Notes under the pieces: generated by a model
The model's database searches: none
Seen by the model: only the letters and a program-made list of their open reading frames with translations
Told to the model about the DNA's origin: nothing
Shown here: positions 29,729-39,466 of the stretch, piece by piece
Position numbering within the stretch: position 1 is the first letter of the stretch
Layout: every line of letters starts with the position of its first letter
Program-made: the position numbers and the translations under genes
Virus record (IMG/VR): IMGVR_UViG_3300032294_002797
Location: 159,303-223,302 of that record
Strand: one strand, 5' to 3'
DNA: 64,000 bases

Positions 29729-30359
29729 GAATCATTCACTCGATGTGAGTCATTTTTTTCTATTTGCTAATACAGAATATAGTAAAAATACAGAAAAACA
29801 ATTGTGGGAATCGTCTGCGTTTTTAAGCAAGAAATCTATTTGTATATTATTTAATTTAGCAAAGCCCTTGGACTACTATAGTATAGTTCAAAAACATGCA
29901 AATAAATGGATTTTTTTTCGGCTATTAGCAGACAATACAAATAATACTTATTATAGAAATTTGGATTTACTAAATTTGTATGATTTTCAAAAATTTTTTT
30001 TAATACCAGATATGTATGACGCTATCTATTTTGGCCCTAAAAAACAAGCGATATTAGAAACAATATCATATATTAAACAAAAGAATATAGACATAACAAA
30101 AATGAATCATATGGATATAAATAATAAAGTGCTGGAATCTGTCAAATCTTTATATCCAATCCAAGAAAATAAAGGAACTATGAGTAGTGGATTATGGACT
30201 TATCTATATCTGAAAACAAAATATCCCTTATCAAAATTTACTTTAATAGACTATGCTTTAAATATGAAATCTGCTTATCATAATTCGTTATTTGAACAGG
30301 GATTTATATTATCAGAAATATTGAGCAACCAATGTGAATACATTGGCGATCATTTATGA
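29700..30359 (+). CDS. hypothetical protein, possibly glycan-related
   Basis: Overlaps the cupin; MSSGL..Y..L and H...FE motifs. Confidence 0.5.
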   Translation: MKILSDLFFRNHSLDVSHFFLFANTEYSKNTEKQLWESSAFLSKKSICILFNLAKPLDYYSIVQKHANKWIFFRLLADNTNNTYYRNLDLLNLYDFQKFFLIPDMYDAIYFGPKKQAILETISYIKQKNIDITKMNHMDINNKVLESVKSLYPIQENKGTMSSGLWTYLYLKTKYPLSKFTLIDYALNMKSAYHNSLFEQGFILSEILSNQCEYIGDHL

Positions 30360-31259
30360 TGATAAAATTCTACCTTTAGACGTTCTAACAATATATCCCA
30401 TTCGTACTAAGAATGGTTCCACGGTATTTTCTATGGTCTCTACTGCTATGCCAGTCATTGCAGAAATACTTTTAACTCCTAGAGGAGAACCCTTCATCTT
30501 TTTCAGAGCATCTAGATATAATCTATCATGCATATCTAAACCATTTTGATCTATACCCTGATCTTTAAAGATTTTGTCTATATCTACAGTTTGATCTTTA
30601 TAATAAGATACATAATTTTTATACCAACTCAATCTAGCATTAAGAATACGAGGAGTACCCTTGCTTCTTTTAGCAATTTCAATCAGATGACTATCATCAA
30701 TCATTAGTCCAAGTTTATTTGCGTTCAACCTTGCAAGTTTAGCTAATTCATCGCTGTTATAATAAGATAGGTGTTCTTTAATTGTAAATCTATCATAAAA
30801 AGGCTGACTTAAGCTGCCTCCACTTGTGGTTGCTCCAGCGATAGTAAATTGTGGAAGATCGATGGTTTCTGGACGGTCTTTATCATCCTCTCCCTTTACT
30901 GTGATATTAATAGCAAAATCTTCCATTACAGGATAAAGAAATTCTTCTACAATTTTTGGTAGTCTATGAATTTCGTCAATAAACAAAAGAGATCTTGGAG
31001 CAATACCCATGAGATAAGGCAGAAGATTTTTTACGCTACGGATATTAGCTGCGTTGACTGTATAGAGATTAACACCTAGTTCATTAGATATTGCTTGTGC
31101 TATAGTGGTTTTACCAAGACCAGGAGGCCCATCAATTAGAACATGAGGTAAAACTCCGTCCGATTCCTTGCATCCGTGAATAATAATTTTTAGTCTGTCG
31201 ATAACAGATGATTGTCCAATAATTCCATCAAAACTAGACGGTCTTAGATTGTTAGCCAT
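30354..31259 (-). CDS. ruvB: Holliday junction branch-migration ATPase RuvB
   Basis: LRP..F..IIGQ, GPPGLGKTT, FIDEIHRL, GATT, DRF, GTPRI, EPFL. Confidence 0.95.
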   Translation of the reverse strand: MANNLRPSSFDGIIGQSSVIDRLKIIIHGCKESDGVLPHVLIDGPPGLGKTTIAQAISNELGVNLYTVNAANIRSVKNLLPYLMGIAPRSLLFIDEIHRLPKIVEEFLYPVMEDFAINITVKGEDDKDRPETIDLPQFTIAGATTSGGSLSQPFYDRFTIKEHLSYYNSDELAKLARLNANKLGLMIDDSHLIEIAKRSKGTPRILNARLSWYKNYVSYYKDQTVDIDKIFKDQGIDQNGLDMHDRLYLDALKKMKGSPLGVKSISAMTGIAVETIENTVEPFLVRMGYIVRTSKGRILSS

Positions 31260-31689
31260 TATTTCTTATCTCCAATAGGGTGTTTTTAATCCAAATAGAT
31301 ATATCTTCAGTAGGTTGTTTAATGTAAGCAGAAGTTAATGCATCGATAGCCTCTTGTTTTGTAAAACCAAGATCAACTAAACAAGGTATTGCTTTATTTA
31401 GTAAACTTTCATTTGGCTTTGGCTGATTAGGGTTTTTAATCTCTGGCTTTTCCGGCGTTTTGCTTGAATCATCTGGTTTCAGTAACTTGTCATCATATAT
31501 AATTTTAAGAGTTTTTATTTTTTTGGGCTTAAAAACCGTACCGCAATCACAAACAATTTTAAAATTTTTGGTTTGAGTTTCTAATAAAGACAACCAATGT
31601 TCGTATCCGCAGTTGTTGTTTGGACATCTATATTTTAGATGAACATCTAAACTAATTGGTTTTTGGTTTTTTATTGATTTTGTTATCAT
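31252..31689 (-). CDS. zinc ribbon fused to RuvA C-terminal (domain III)-like region
   Basis: CP...C and CDCG; AIPCLVDLGFTKQEA..IKNTL; overlaps the ruvB start. Confidence 0.7.
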   Translation of the reverse strand: MITKSIKNQKPISLDVHLKYRCPNNNCGYEHWLSLLETQTKNFKIVCDCGTVFKPKKIKTLKIIYDDKLLKPDDSSKTPEKPEIKNPNQPKPNESLLNKAIPCLVDLGFTKQEAIDALTSAYIKQPTEDISIWIKNTLLEIRNNG

Positions 31690-32077
31690 CTTCTTTTACC
31701 CAAAAAACGAAATCGTTCAAATCATCATCATAAGCAGATTCGATTAAGCCTCTTTTATTTAAGTTAGATAAAATATTACTGACTAGTCTTGCGTTTAAAG
31801 CCTCTAGTATATCTGTAAATATTTTTTCATTAACAATGTATCTAATTTGTTTTGTTGTTTTGTTGGTTTGCTTGCGTGTTAAAGACTCTACGATAAGCAT
31901 AGATTCTTGCTGGCTTAATACTTCGTTCATCTCAGTTTCTTCTTCACCAGATAATTGTGTAACCATATCGGTAAAATCGTCTTGTGTTTCTTCTACTGCC
32001 TTCCCGAAACCGCTAAAGACTAATCGTCTTGCACTTTCAGTAAATTCCTCCAAGTCTTTTATTTCGTATTTTGCCAT
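31652..32077 (-). CDS. hypothetical protein (paralog of 46766..47110)
   Basis: Shared C-terminus LSxL...IxxAxDD..NxxVFW. Confidence 0.65.
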   Translation of the reverse strand: MAKYEIKDLEEFTESARRLVFSGFGKAVEETQDDFTDMVTQLSGEEETEMNEVLSQQESMLIVESLTRKQTNKTTKQIRYIVNEKIFTDILEALNARLVSNILSNLNKRGLIESAYDDDLNDFVFWVKEDDNKINKKPKTN

Positions 32078-32082
32078 AATGT

Positions 32083-32490
32083 TTAATTCAGTATGTCGAA
32101 TAATCCTTTATAGTAATGGGGCTGTTTTATAAAGTGTATTGCATGAGATTGTATGTGGTTTATATATTGATGTTGAAGAGGGTCGCAAATAAAATATTTC
32201 TTTTTCCAAACCTGACTATTCTGATAGTTACTCCCCAAATACTGGAAGGTTTTATCCTTGCCAGTATTGGAGAAATAACTACTCACAGGAAACGACTCTT
32301 TTGGCAAATTACCAATATACCACACGTTTGGAGAATTTTCAACTAGGCCATCTAGAGCATCATATAGTATTTTCCCCCAAGCGTCCCATGCTTCTGGATC
32401 AAACTTGAAATAATGCTTATACTGACTCTCTAAATCGTCATGACTATCACCGTAGTCATCGTCACCATAGTTGTCATATTCTTCGTGCAT
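32083..32490 (-). CDS. hypothetical protein
   Basis: Intact ORF directly after the primase. Confidence 0.6.
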   Translation of the reverse strand: MHEEYDNYGDDDYGDSHDDLESQYKHYFKFDPEAWDAWGKILYDALDGLVENSPNVWYIGNLPKESFPVSSYFSNTGKDKTFQYLGSNYQNSQVWKKKYFICDPLQHQYINHIQSHAIHFIKQPHYYKGLFDILN

Positions 32491-32496
32491 TCTATG

Positions 32497-33546
32497 TTAA
32501 CCTATGCAAAATTTATCACTAAGTTGAGATGCGAGGTCTTTGGCAGCACTGGACAGAAACCGATTGTTGCTAAAGTACAGTGCTGTAGACGCTTGGTTTA
32601 GGTACTCGACCACCGTTTTTAAAAGTTTGGTCTGTGACCCATCAAGGTTTATATCCTCGTCTGGGAGCGACTCTAGCATATCATTCTGGTCAACAGGAAC
32701 GACAGGCATAGGATCACCATAAGAACGGGACTGTAATTCATTAAGAATTTTAGTAGCAACATCTGCTGATACTGGAACACCAGTTTCATCGGCTTGCTTA
32801 TAAGCCTTAGCATACCCCTTATACCATTCGTCACTACATTTATCGGGAATAATCTGTAGAGTTGCTGGCTGACCAGTAAGAGCACTCTTAAGATCGGCCA
32901 CATTAACTACTTGACCAGTGCTACCGGGAAGCAGACTTGTAAAGTACGGAGCCTTCTTTTCCCAGCCTTTACGCCACCAAGTATAAGGAACACGATAAAT
33001 CTGGTTAGGCTTAATTGCTCGTGGATCACCACCAAAATAGTTAACCAGTTTCTTTTGCAAGCCATTCCAGAAAGTTTTATTTGAACCAATCATTTGGCGA
33101 CTAGCATCATCAAAAATCCAGTAGCACTGATACCCATTACGAGTATCAACAACCCAACTTGGCTTGACCGGAAACTCATTAATCTTTTTGAGGAACTGCT
33201 TCTTCTTTGTCATCACAACACTAGGTTTGAAATAGTTACCTTCGTTATCTCGACCAGCATCCATATCACAAAAACAACAAGTAAACTCTTTAATAGCATA
33301 TAGTTTACGTCCGCCATTTACATAAAAATAAACATCAGAACTATTATTGATATTAGCATTAATAGCCTCGTCAAGAGTATTAGTATGATACATATTACTA
33401 ATCTTTTTACGAGGATTACCATTATGGCAAAAAATATTATTTTGCTTGAAAGAATTCAAGAAACGATTTCTCTCAATAACATTGCCATTAGCAAAAACAT
33501 TGTTATCGTTTGAAAAAGGGTTAAATCCAAGATTATCATTAAACAT
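32497..33546 (-). CDS. RepB-type DNA primase (AEP superfamily)-like protein
   Basis: YFYVN, FCDMD, PSWVVDTRNGYQCYW, GGDP....QIYRVP. Confidence 0.75.
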   Translation of the reverse strand: MFNDNLGFNPFSNDNNVFANGNVIERNRFLNSFKQNNIFCHNGNPRKKISNMYHTNTLDEAINANINNSSDVYFYVNGGRKLYAIKEFTCCFCDMDAGRDNEGNYFKPSVVMTKKKQFLKKINEFPVKPSWVVDTRNGYQCYWIFDDASRQMIGSNKTFWNGLQKKLVNYFGGDPRAIKPNQIYRVPYTWWRKGWEKKAPYFTSLLPGSTGQVVNVADLKSALTGQPATLQIIPDKCSDEWYKGYAKAYKQADETGVPVSADVATKILNELQSRSYGDPMPVVPVDQNDMLESLPDEDINLDGSQTKLLKTVVEYLNQASTALYFSNNRFLSSAAKDLASQLSDKFCIG

Positions 33547-33580
33547 ATTATTTCCAACTTTCCTGTGTACTATCTATCCA

Positions 33581-33619
33581 GATATTGGGACAGCAACCTT
33601 TACTATCATTAGCAATATC
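33581..33619 (-). other. stem-loop between the tRNA-like element and the primase gene
   Basis: GATATTG/CAATATC stem, internal loop, GATAGTAA/TTGCTGTC stem with G.U pairs. Confidence 0.55.
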
Positions 33620-33623
33620 AAAA

Positions 33624-33703
33624 AGATGGTAGAGGAATCGAACCTCTATTGTAGGATAGTAAAAACTATATAGGTACTATCTTACAAGTTCCAAACACCA
33701 CCT
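33624..33703 (-). ncRNA. unclassified tRNA-like RNA
   Basis: Acceptor AGGTGGT/ACCATCT, T-arm AGAGG-TTCGATT-CCTCT, 13-bp helix in place of the anticodon arm. Confidence 0.65.
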
Positions 33704-33716
33704 TAACTATTTAATT

Positions 33717-34583
33717 TTAGTAGTTTCCGTAGAGCCCATTGTCCAAATCTGACTCGTCTTCATCTTCTTCATCGTCAAAACTGTTCCAATAAGCATCATC
33801 ATATTCATCATACAGAGCCTCTTCTTCGTCATCATAATCGTCTTCACTAAACTCACTCTTATAGAGAGGCTTGAGAAGTTCGCCTTGATACTCGCCAACT
33901 ACTTCATAGCGACAAGTACGAAGTTTTTCACAATTACAATCATTAGGAACACTAACAACGTCCTTGGGATTAATCTTGACAATTACGATCTTGTCACCAG
34001 AATCTACGCTACCATAACTAGCAACATAGTTCAAAGCACCAGCATGAAGTCCCTGAGAGCATCCAACTCCACGATTATCATCAACCTTTGCTCGTCTCAT
34101 TTCGCAAATGCTACCAACACGGTTGTCAAATGTACCGGCATACTTATCCTTATAATCATTTCGCACAGCCTTATAAGCCAAGAAATGACCATCCTCAGTA
34201 ATAGGAAGATACTGATGCTCCAAGAAATCATACAGTTCAGTCTGACTCTGCATACTTGGATTTTCCATCAGATTATCAAGAAAATTAACAAGAGGCTGAA
34301 AAGGCAAACCCTTACTCATAAACTCCAGAATACGCTTGCTGATCGCCCCATGAACTTCTTCGCCATCATAAAGCACCTGACCATTCTTGACCTCAACCCT
34401 GCCCTGACTAAATGTAGCCACAGCAGTTTGAATATCTACAAGTTCCAGCAACTCATCTTCGCTGGCAGATTGCAGACTATCCATAATCAACCTATAGTTA
34501 ATATGATCCGGCAATACCTGATGAGCCTTATTCTTAAGGATCAGTGTAAGATTGCCATCAACCCACATAAAAGGAACGCTCAT
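33717..34583 (-). CDS. rIIB: rIIB-like protein
   Basis: ENPS...ELYDFL, ITEDGHFLAYKAV, CSQGLH, NPKDVVSVP.D...KLRTCRYEV. Confidence 0.9.
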   Translation of the reverse strand: MSVPFMWVDGNLTLILKNKAHQVLPDHINYRLIMDSLQSASEDELLELVDIQTAVATFSQGRVEVKNGQVLYDGEEVHGAISKRILEFMSKGLPFQPLVNFLDNLMENPSMQSQTELYDFLEHQYLPITEDGHFLAYKAVRNDYKDKYAGTFDNRVGSICEMRRAKVDDNRGVGCSQGLHAGALNYVASYGSVDSGDKIVIVKINPKDVVSVPNDCNCEKLRTCRYEVVGEYQGELLKPLYKSEFSEDDYDDEEEALYDEYDDAYWNSFDDEEDEDESDLDNGLYGNY

Positions 34584-34608
34584 TATATTTCTCCTGTTTC
34601 CTGTGAAA

Positions 34609-37272
34609 TTAAATTATCGAATTACCAATCAACTCTTTAAACTTATCAACATTATCAAACTTTGTTGACCAAGAACTTTTCTTGCTATAGTAACTATTAC
34701 TAGAACCAAAACTGAGAGGATTAGTTGAACGAAGTTCACGCAAATCGCCTCGACACTCTTGGCTACACACAATATACTTCAACATCGGCTGTTTGTCAAG
34801 AGCCTCTTTAATACTATTACGCAACTCATCGACTTTCGGCAGTTTATCTTTGAGCGAATAATCTGGCTTGATAAGTTTGGTCATAGATTCTTGCTCATTA
34901 GAACTACCATACAATGTAGCAACCCATCGAATGAGACTATTATAGAGAATATTATTCTGACGAATATCTTTACTATTGATTCCATTCAGCCCAATATTGT
35001 GCAACAGTTTCGTGATATGGGTAAAATAATCAACAGCCTTAAACTTTTGAATATCAAATGATGGTCTATAAATAGTGTCAGCAAAGAATTCAAGAGTCAT
35101 ACACTGATCCATTAGAGATACAAGTTGCTGATCTTTAATGTATTGACCATATTCCAGTCCAAGTAGGTTTAGAACATGAAACATAAACTGCTTATCAATA
35201 CTACCATAGTTATAGTAATTGTAATCACTACCTTTCTGGACTTTATTGTATTCAGACCTAGCGTGTTCTGTAAGACCATTATATTCGGCTAAATCCTTAA
35301 ACTTATTCTCATACAGTTTCTCTAGTCTTTCCTTAAAGAACTTATTGAAACTAATAAGGTTATAGCCCTTCTTGATTAGATCATTAGCATAACTGCTCTT
35401 TATCGCAAAGATTTTAGTATCTCCGAAAAGTTCAGTAGCAAGTGTGCTGTCCTGCTCTTTAATAAAGAGATTCAGATCATGAATACCAGGAAATCCTTCA
35501 ACAGAAGCATATCGCAAGATAGGAATGTATACGATCTCATCCTGTTCAAGAACATCGTCTCTTTCTTCCTGATCCTTAATTTCAAGAAGATACTGAGCAT
35601 CGTTCATAAGATTATCGCTTACGATAGCCCCAGCACTCTTAATCTTACCATGAATCAAGAATAGACTATCCTTACTGACAGAACCAAGAGGATCAACAGT
35701 GCGACCCTTCTTTGAAGGACTACTCAAAAGACTCTTAAAATCCGAGACCTTAAGGAGTTTATCTTCTCCCCCAATATCAGAAATAATCTTTTCAAAACCC
35801 TCAGACGAATCTTCTGGATGGTCGCTGTCGATAAAAAGATAGGCATAGCAATCGTTCTGATTACAATACTTTGTAACAATCTTCTTGGCAGACTCTTCTC
35901 CCTTAACGTCACAAACAAAGAACGCCATAGGATTACTTTTACGATTATTCTGCCAGTAATACTGACCCTTGCCATTCAATGTTTCGGAGTGAATCTTATC
36001 TGTAAGATAAACCATCCTACGAGAACGGTATCCAGAGGTTCTAAAGTTAAAGACGTACAGATTCTTACTCTTTTTAAGAGTGTACTCTAGGTCTTTTCCA
36101 GACTGCAATTCATGAACCTTATTATTAGTATCCGTCCATGATGCTCCCGCAGTCCAGCCACCAGCAAGATCACTAAGATTATAGTATGTTTGATAAGCCT
36201 CAACCAAACTCTTGGCGGTTGACAACTTATTGCTCATATCCTGCTTAAGTTCAAGATAGATTTCTTGAGTACGATCACGCAGAGTCTTGATAACATTTTT
36301 AGTATACTGCAAACCCTCGCGGCTTACATCCATCTCAAGTTCACCAATACCAAATTGGATCTCAAGATATAATCCGGCATTAAGAATCTCTCTGACTAGA
36401 CTCTTCCAATTATCAACGTCGGCTTTACCAAAAGCCCTATTCCACTTTTGAATATGGTCTGGTTGATCGGGCCTATCTTCGCCCACAATTTTACTAGAGT
36501 CTACTGGATACGCAATATTACCCATGATAGCAACAACACCACTACCGGGACTATTATGACCACTAGGATATTTGGTGTGTTCATTACTAACTCGTCCAAT
36601 CTTCCAACCCTTACCTTCGATCACAACATTGTGATGAGAATACGAGCCATCATTAATCGATGAACAAACACCACCATTGATAATAGGCTTAAGTTTGAAA
36701 TAATGGAAAATTCTCTTTGCCTTAGCAGTAAACTCATGAAAGTCATACTGCTTAACAGCAAAACTAATTTCTAGTCCATTCGGTTCCTTGGTATCTGTGA
36801 CACTAACCAAATTCAAACTAGGAACACCGCTTTCATCCATAGCCGCGATATAAGATAGTTTCTTACCATCATAATAAGAAATAGTGCTAAAACTCTTGGT
36901 ATAAGCAAAAGGACTCTTACTACCAAGACCAAGACAACCAACAAAATCATTGCTATCATTCTTGTTAGATGCCCCGTATGTTGTATACAATTCCTCCATA
37001 TCGGTCTGACTAAGACCAGTACCAAAATCTCTAACAGTAAAAGAGGGATTGGTTTGTGTGGGGAGAGTTACCCTAAAAGGGTTTTGATTTTTTGCAGCAA
37101 TATGGGCGTCATAAGCATTTGTGCTAAGTTCACGAATAACCGCCATAACCTTATCGGAATAAAGAGAATCCGAAAGGATCTTAAACATTTTGCTGGTTTG
37201 TGCGATACTAAACTGATTAGCCGACTGAATACCAACCGAATGAATCTCAACCGTCCTGTCTGCCAACTTCAT
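34609..37272 (-). CDS. rIIA: rIIA-like protein (GHKL ATPase N-terminus)
   Basis: LYSDK..RELSTNAYDAH, DFGTGL, GCLGLGSKSPFAY, SREGLQY; directly upstream of rIIB. Confidence 0.9.
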   Translation of the reverse strand: MKLADRTVEIHSVGIQSANQFSIAQTSKMFKILSDSLYSDKVMAVIRELSTNAYDAHIAAKNQNPFRVTLPTQTNPSFTVRDFGTGLSQTDMEELYTTYGASNKNDSNDFVGCLGLGSKSPFAYTKSFSTISYYDGKKLSYIAAMDESGVPSLNLVSVTDTKEPNGLEISFAVKQYDFHEFTAKAKRIFHYFKLKPIINGGVCSSINDGSYSHHNVVIEGKGWKIGRVSNEHTKYPSGHNSPGSGVVAIMGNIAYPVDSSKIVGEDRPDQPDHIQKWNRAFGKADVDNWKSLVREILNAGLYLEIQFGIGELEMDVSREGLQYTKNVIKTLRDRTQEIYLELKQDMSNKLSTAKSLVEAYQTYYNLSDLAGGWTAGASWTDTNNKVHELQSGKDLEYTLKKSKNLYVFNFRTSGYRSRRMVYLTDKIHSETLNGKGQYYWQNNRKSNPMAFFVCDVKGEESAKKIVTKYCNQNDCYAYLFIDSDHPEDSSEGFEKIISDIGGEDKLLKVSDFKSLLSSPSKKGRTVDPLGSVSKDSLFLIHGKIKSAGAIVSDNLMNDAQYLLEIKDQEERDDVLEQDEIVYIPILRYASVEGFPGIHDLNLFIKEQDSTLATELFGDTKIFAIKSSYANDLIKKGYNLISFNKFFKERLEKLYENKFKDLAEYNGLTEHARSEYNKVQKGSDYNYYNYGSIDKQFMFHVLNLLGLEYGQYIKDQQLVSLMDQCMTLEFFADTIYRPSFDIQKFKAVDYFTHITKLLHNIGLNGINSKDIRQNNILYNSLIRWVATLYGSSNEQESMTKLIKPDYSLKDKLPKVDELRNSIKEALDKQPMLKYIVCSQECRGDLRELRSTNPLSFGSSNSYYSKKSSWSTKFDNVDKFKELIGNSII

Positions 37273-37314
37273 TTTAATTCTCCAAAGTGTCGTTTTCTGT
37301 CCTGTGATCTCCCA

Positions 37315-37343
37315 AGTATACTATCGGTTGTCACGCTTGTCAA
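37315..37343 (-). promoter_or_regulatory. sigma70-like promoter (rIIA operon)
   Basis: TTGACA-AGCGTGACAACCGATAG-TATACT. Confidence 0.8.
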
Positions 37344-37596
37344 GCATGAGTTTTTTATTTGCCTCTCGTCTTGTATTAATAGCCATCAGTCCTAAACCAG
37401 CAGAAACTAAACCTAGCCAACGTATGCCCGCGATAGGTAGTAGAAAAAACCATACTCCTATAAATATTGTCAAAATACTAATTAGATATACAATAATATT
37501 TGGAATAATTTGGATCTTAGAAAGCAATAAGCATATCGGGCCACTTAATATAACGGATAGTGCTACTATTGAGGCCAATAATGCTAAACTTGCCAT
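37321..37596 (-). CDS. small membrane protein (about 3 TM helices)
   Basis: Hydrophobic helices with a basic C-tail; holin-like topology, function not established. Confidence 0.6.
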   Translation of the reverse strand: MASLALLASIVALSVILSGPICLLLSKIQIIPNIIVYLISILTIFIGVWFFLLPIAGIRWLGLVSAGLGLMAINTRREANKKLMLDKRDNR

Positions 37597-37940
37597 TAAA
37601 TATCCTCTTCATCATCATCGTCGCGGTTTTCTTCCCAATTATTTACTTCTGGAAGCCATCCTTCATTAGACTGGTATTCTTCTTCACCATCATCTTCGTC
37701 CAGAATAGATTCAGCATCTTCTATAAAGATAGTTAATGTGTTTAAAATTTCTAATACATCATCAAGTTTATTAGACAAAGATTTTACATCCTTTTTTAGA
37801 CCTTGGATTTCTCTGTCTAATTCACCGATTTCTTTAGATATTCTGTCATCTACTTTATGTAGTTCTTTATTACTTTTAATTACTTCCCTGATGATATCAT
37901 TAAATTCACGAGACATTTTTATATTCCTTAATATCGCCAT
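37596..37940 (-). CDS. coiled-coil protein with acidic tail
   Basis: Heptad pattern. Confidence 0.6.
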   Translation of the reverse strand: MAILRNIKMSREFNDIIREVIKSNKELHKVDDRISKEIGELDREIQGLKKDVKSLSNKLDDVLEILNTLTIFIEDAESILDEDDGEEEYQSNEGWLPEVNNWEENRDDDDEEDI

Positions 37941-38208
37941 TTTGTACTATTTTCTTATCTTCATACGGACTAGCCACACGACGATAATACTCTTGCTTTA
38001 TATTCTCTAATACACCAGTAATCATAGCAATATTATTGTAGGTGGGCTCACCCATTAAACTCGCTAGAATACGAGAAAAACTATAGTTAATATCGCCCAA
38101 AATTTCTTCCATAGAACCAGTATTATATCTTCCACCGTCCAAACAATGTGTGATTTCTTCTATACAAAAATTTAAACGATCTCTACGATCTTCTTTAATA
38201 TATGGCAT
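37906..38208 (-). CDS. conserved phage protein
   Basis: MPYIK..GDINY..EYYRRVASPYEDKKI..NGD motif. Confidence 0.7.
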   Translation of the reverse strand: MPYIKEDRRDRLNFCIEEITHCLDGGRYNTGSMEEILGDINYSFSRILASLMGEPTYNNIAMITGVLENIKQEYYRRVASPYEDKKIVQNGDIKEYKNVS

Positions 38209-38210
38209 AA

Positions 38211-38738
38211 TTAATCCTCACTACATCTACATTGGTATTCTTCACAGTAGCAACATTTTGGCCCAGGTTCAGACATTCCCCAAGCATTACTTATTCCGCT
38301 AAAACTTTCTTTGCCAGTATCTATACAAACCAACTTTTTTTTGTCTGCTCTTAATACTAAGCCGACATTAAACCAGTGACAATCCCAAAATTTAAGCCCC
38401 GTCTTATCTTGTATAATTTCTACAAGACTTTGAATTTTTCTCATACTACTATCAGTATGCTTAACAGGATAGGCTCTTTCTGTAATATATCCCCAATCAC
38501 TAGGTTCGTCAGGCTTATAACCATCATCTTCTGCAAATTCTAGTTTGATAATCTTACTATAAAGTTTTGGAGCAAGATCAAGACCGGCCAGTAATTTGTG
38601 GTATTTGTAAGATTCTTGGGCTTTTCTTTTATTGCGAAACTCTTTAAATACCCAGCCTTTTTTGTCCTTAATTGGATATACTTGACAATATCCACCTTCA
38701 TCACACCAGTCGCTATAGTCGATAAGATATTTAGTCAT
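38211..38738 (-). CDS. minimal protein-kinase-like fold protein
   Basis: EGGYCQVY, VFK, DCHWFN catalytic loop, IDTG. Confidence 0.7.
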   Translation of the reverse strand: MTKYLIDYSDWCDEGGYCQVYPIKDKKGWVFKEFRNKRKAQESYKYHKLLAGLDLAPKLYSKIIKLEFAEDDGYKPDEPSDWGYITERAYPVKHTDSSMRKIQSLVEIIQDKTGLKFWDCHWFNVGLVLRADKKKLVCIDTGKESFSGISNAWGMSEPGPKCCYCEEYQCRCSED

Positions 38739-38739
38739 A

Positions 38740-39066
38740 TTAGTACGAGATAATTTGAGGAATTTCTCCGGTCAAATTATAAAGAAATTCTTTGGCTGAC
38801 TCTATTGTAAAGAAATCACCAAGAAAAATTGGCTTACTTAACTTATCATCAATATATCGTTTGCCATATATTTTATAGAATGGCTCATCAATAGCGTTCC
38901 AATCATTAATTAGGAACTGCTCCGCACTTTTTACTTGTTCAAGTATAGTGCCATTCTCATAATCGTCATATTCTCGTACTGTTACCAATTCAAAATATGC
39001 TATTGGAGATTTTGGATTGTTGTTTTTGATCAAGCCATTACATAGAGTATTAGACATTCTTAACAA
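38740..39066 (-). CDS. hypothetical protein
   Basis: ORF track. Confidence 0.55.
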   Translation of the reverse strand: MLRMSNTLCNGLIKNNNPKSPIAYFELVTVREYDDYENGTILEQVKSAEQFLINDWNAIDEPFYKIYGKRYIDDKLSKPIFLGDFFTIESAKEFLYNLTGEIPQIISY

Positions 39067-39466
39067 TCATATATAGAGGAATAACTTTAGTTTGATCATC
39101 GTAGGGATTATTTTTAATGCCTATATCATAGAGCCAACCATCATCCGTTATTTTAGCGTAAGCAACTGGTTTGTCAATAAAGCCTTTTATGGAACCTAAT
39201 TCTTCCGCTACTTTCAGATACTCATTGGTTTGTTCAACAGCAGATTCGTTTGCCTTATAAACTTCTTGCACCCATTCTTTTTGTTTTTCTCTGAGTTTTT
39301 TAAGTTCGTCCTTAGCATTATTAACAAAAAATAAATCTGCTCCGCTAGCCCAAGCAAAATCAATAATAGCATCTAAAGGATTGGCAACTTTGTCCATAAG
39401 AATACTTAATTCTATAAAGGTTAAACGAGTCTCATCTTCCCAAGATAAATCTTCAAGCAAAACCAA
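39050..39466 (-). CDS. hypothetical protein
   Basis: ORF track; start uncertain. Confidence 0.5.
   Translation of the reverse strand: MVLLEDLSWEDETRLTFIELSILMDKVANPLDAIIDFAWASGADLFFVNNAKDELKKLREKQKEWVQEVYKANESAVEQTNEYLKVAEELGSIKGFIDKPVAYAKITDDGWLYDIGIKNNPYDDQTKVIPLYMIVKNV

Noticed and set aside
33624-33703. Canonical tRNA call
   Set aside because: No 5-bp/7-nt anticodon arm and no proper D-arm; kept as a tRNA-like RNA instead
33885-34640. 251-aa plus-strand ORF
   Set aside because: Antisense to rIIB, no RBS or motifs
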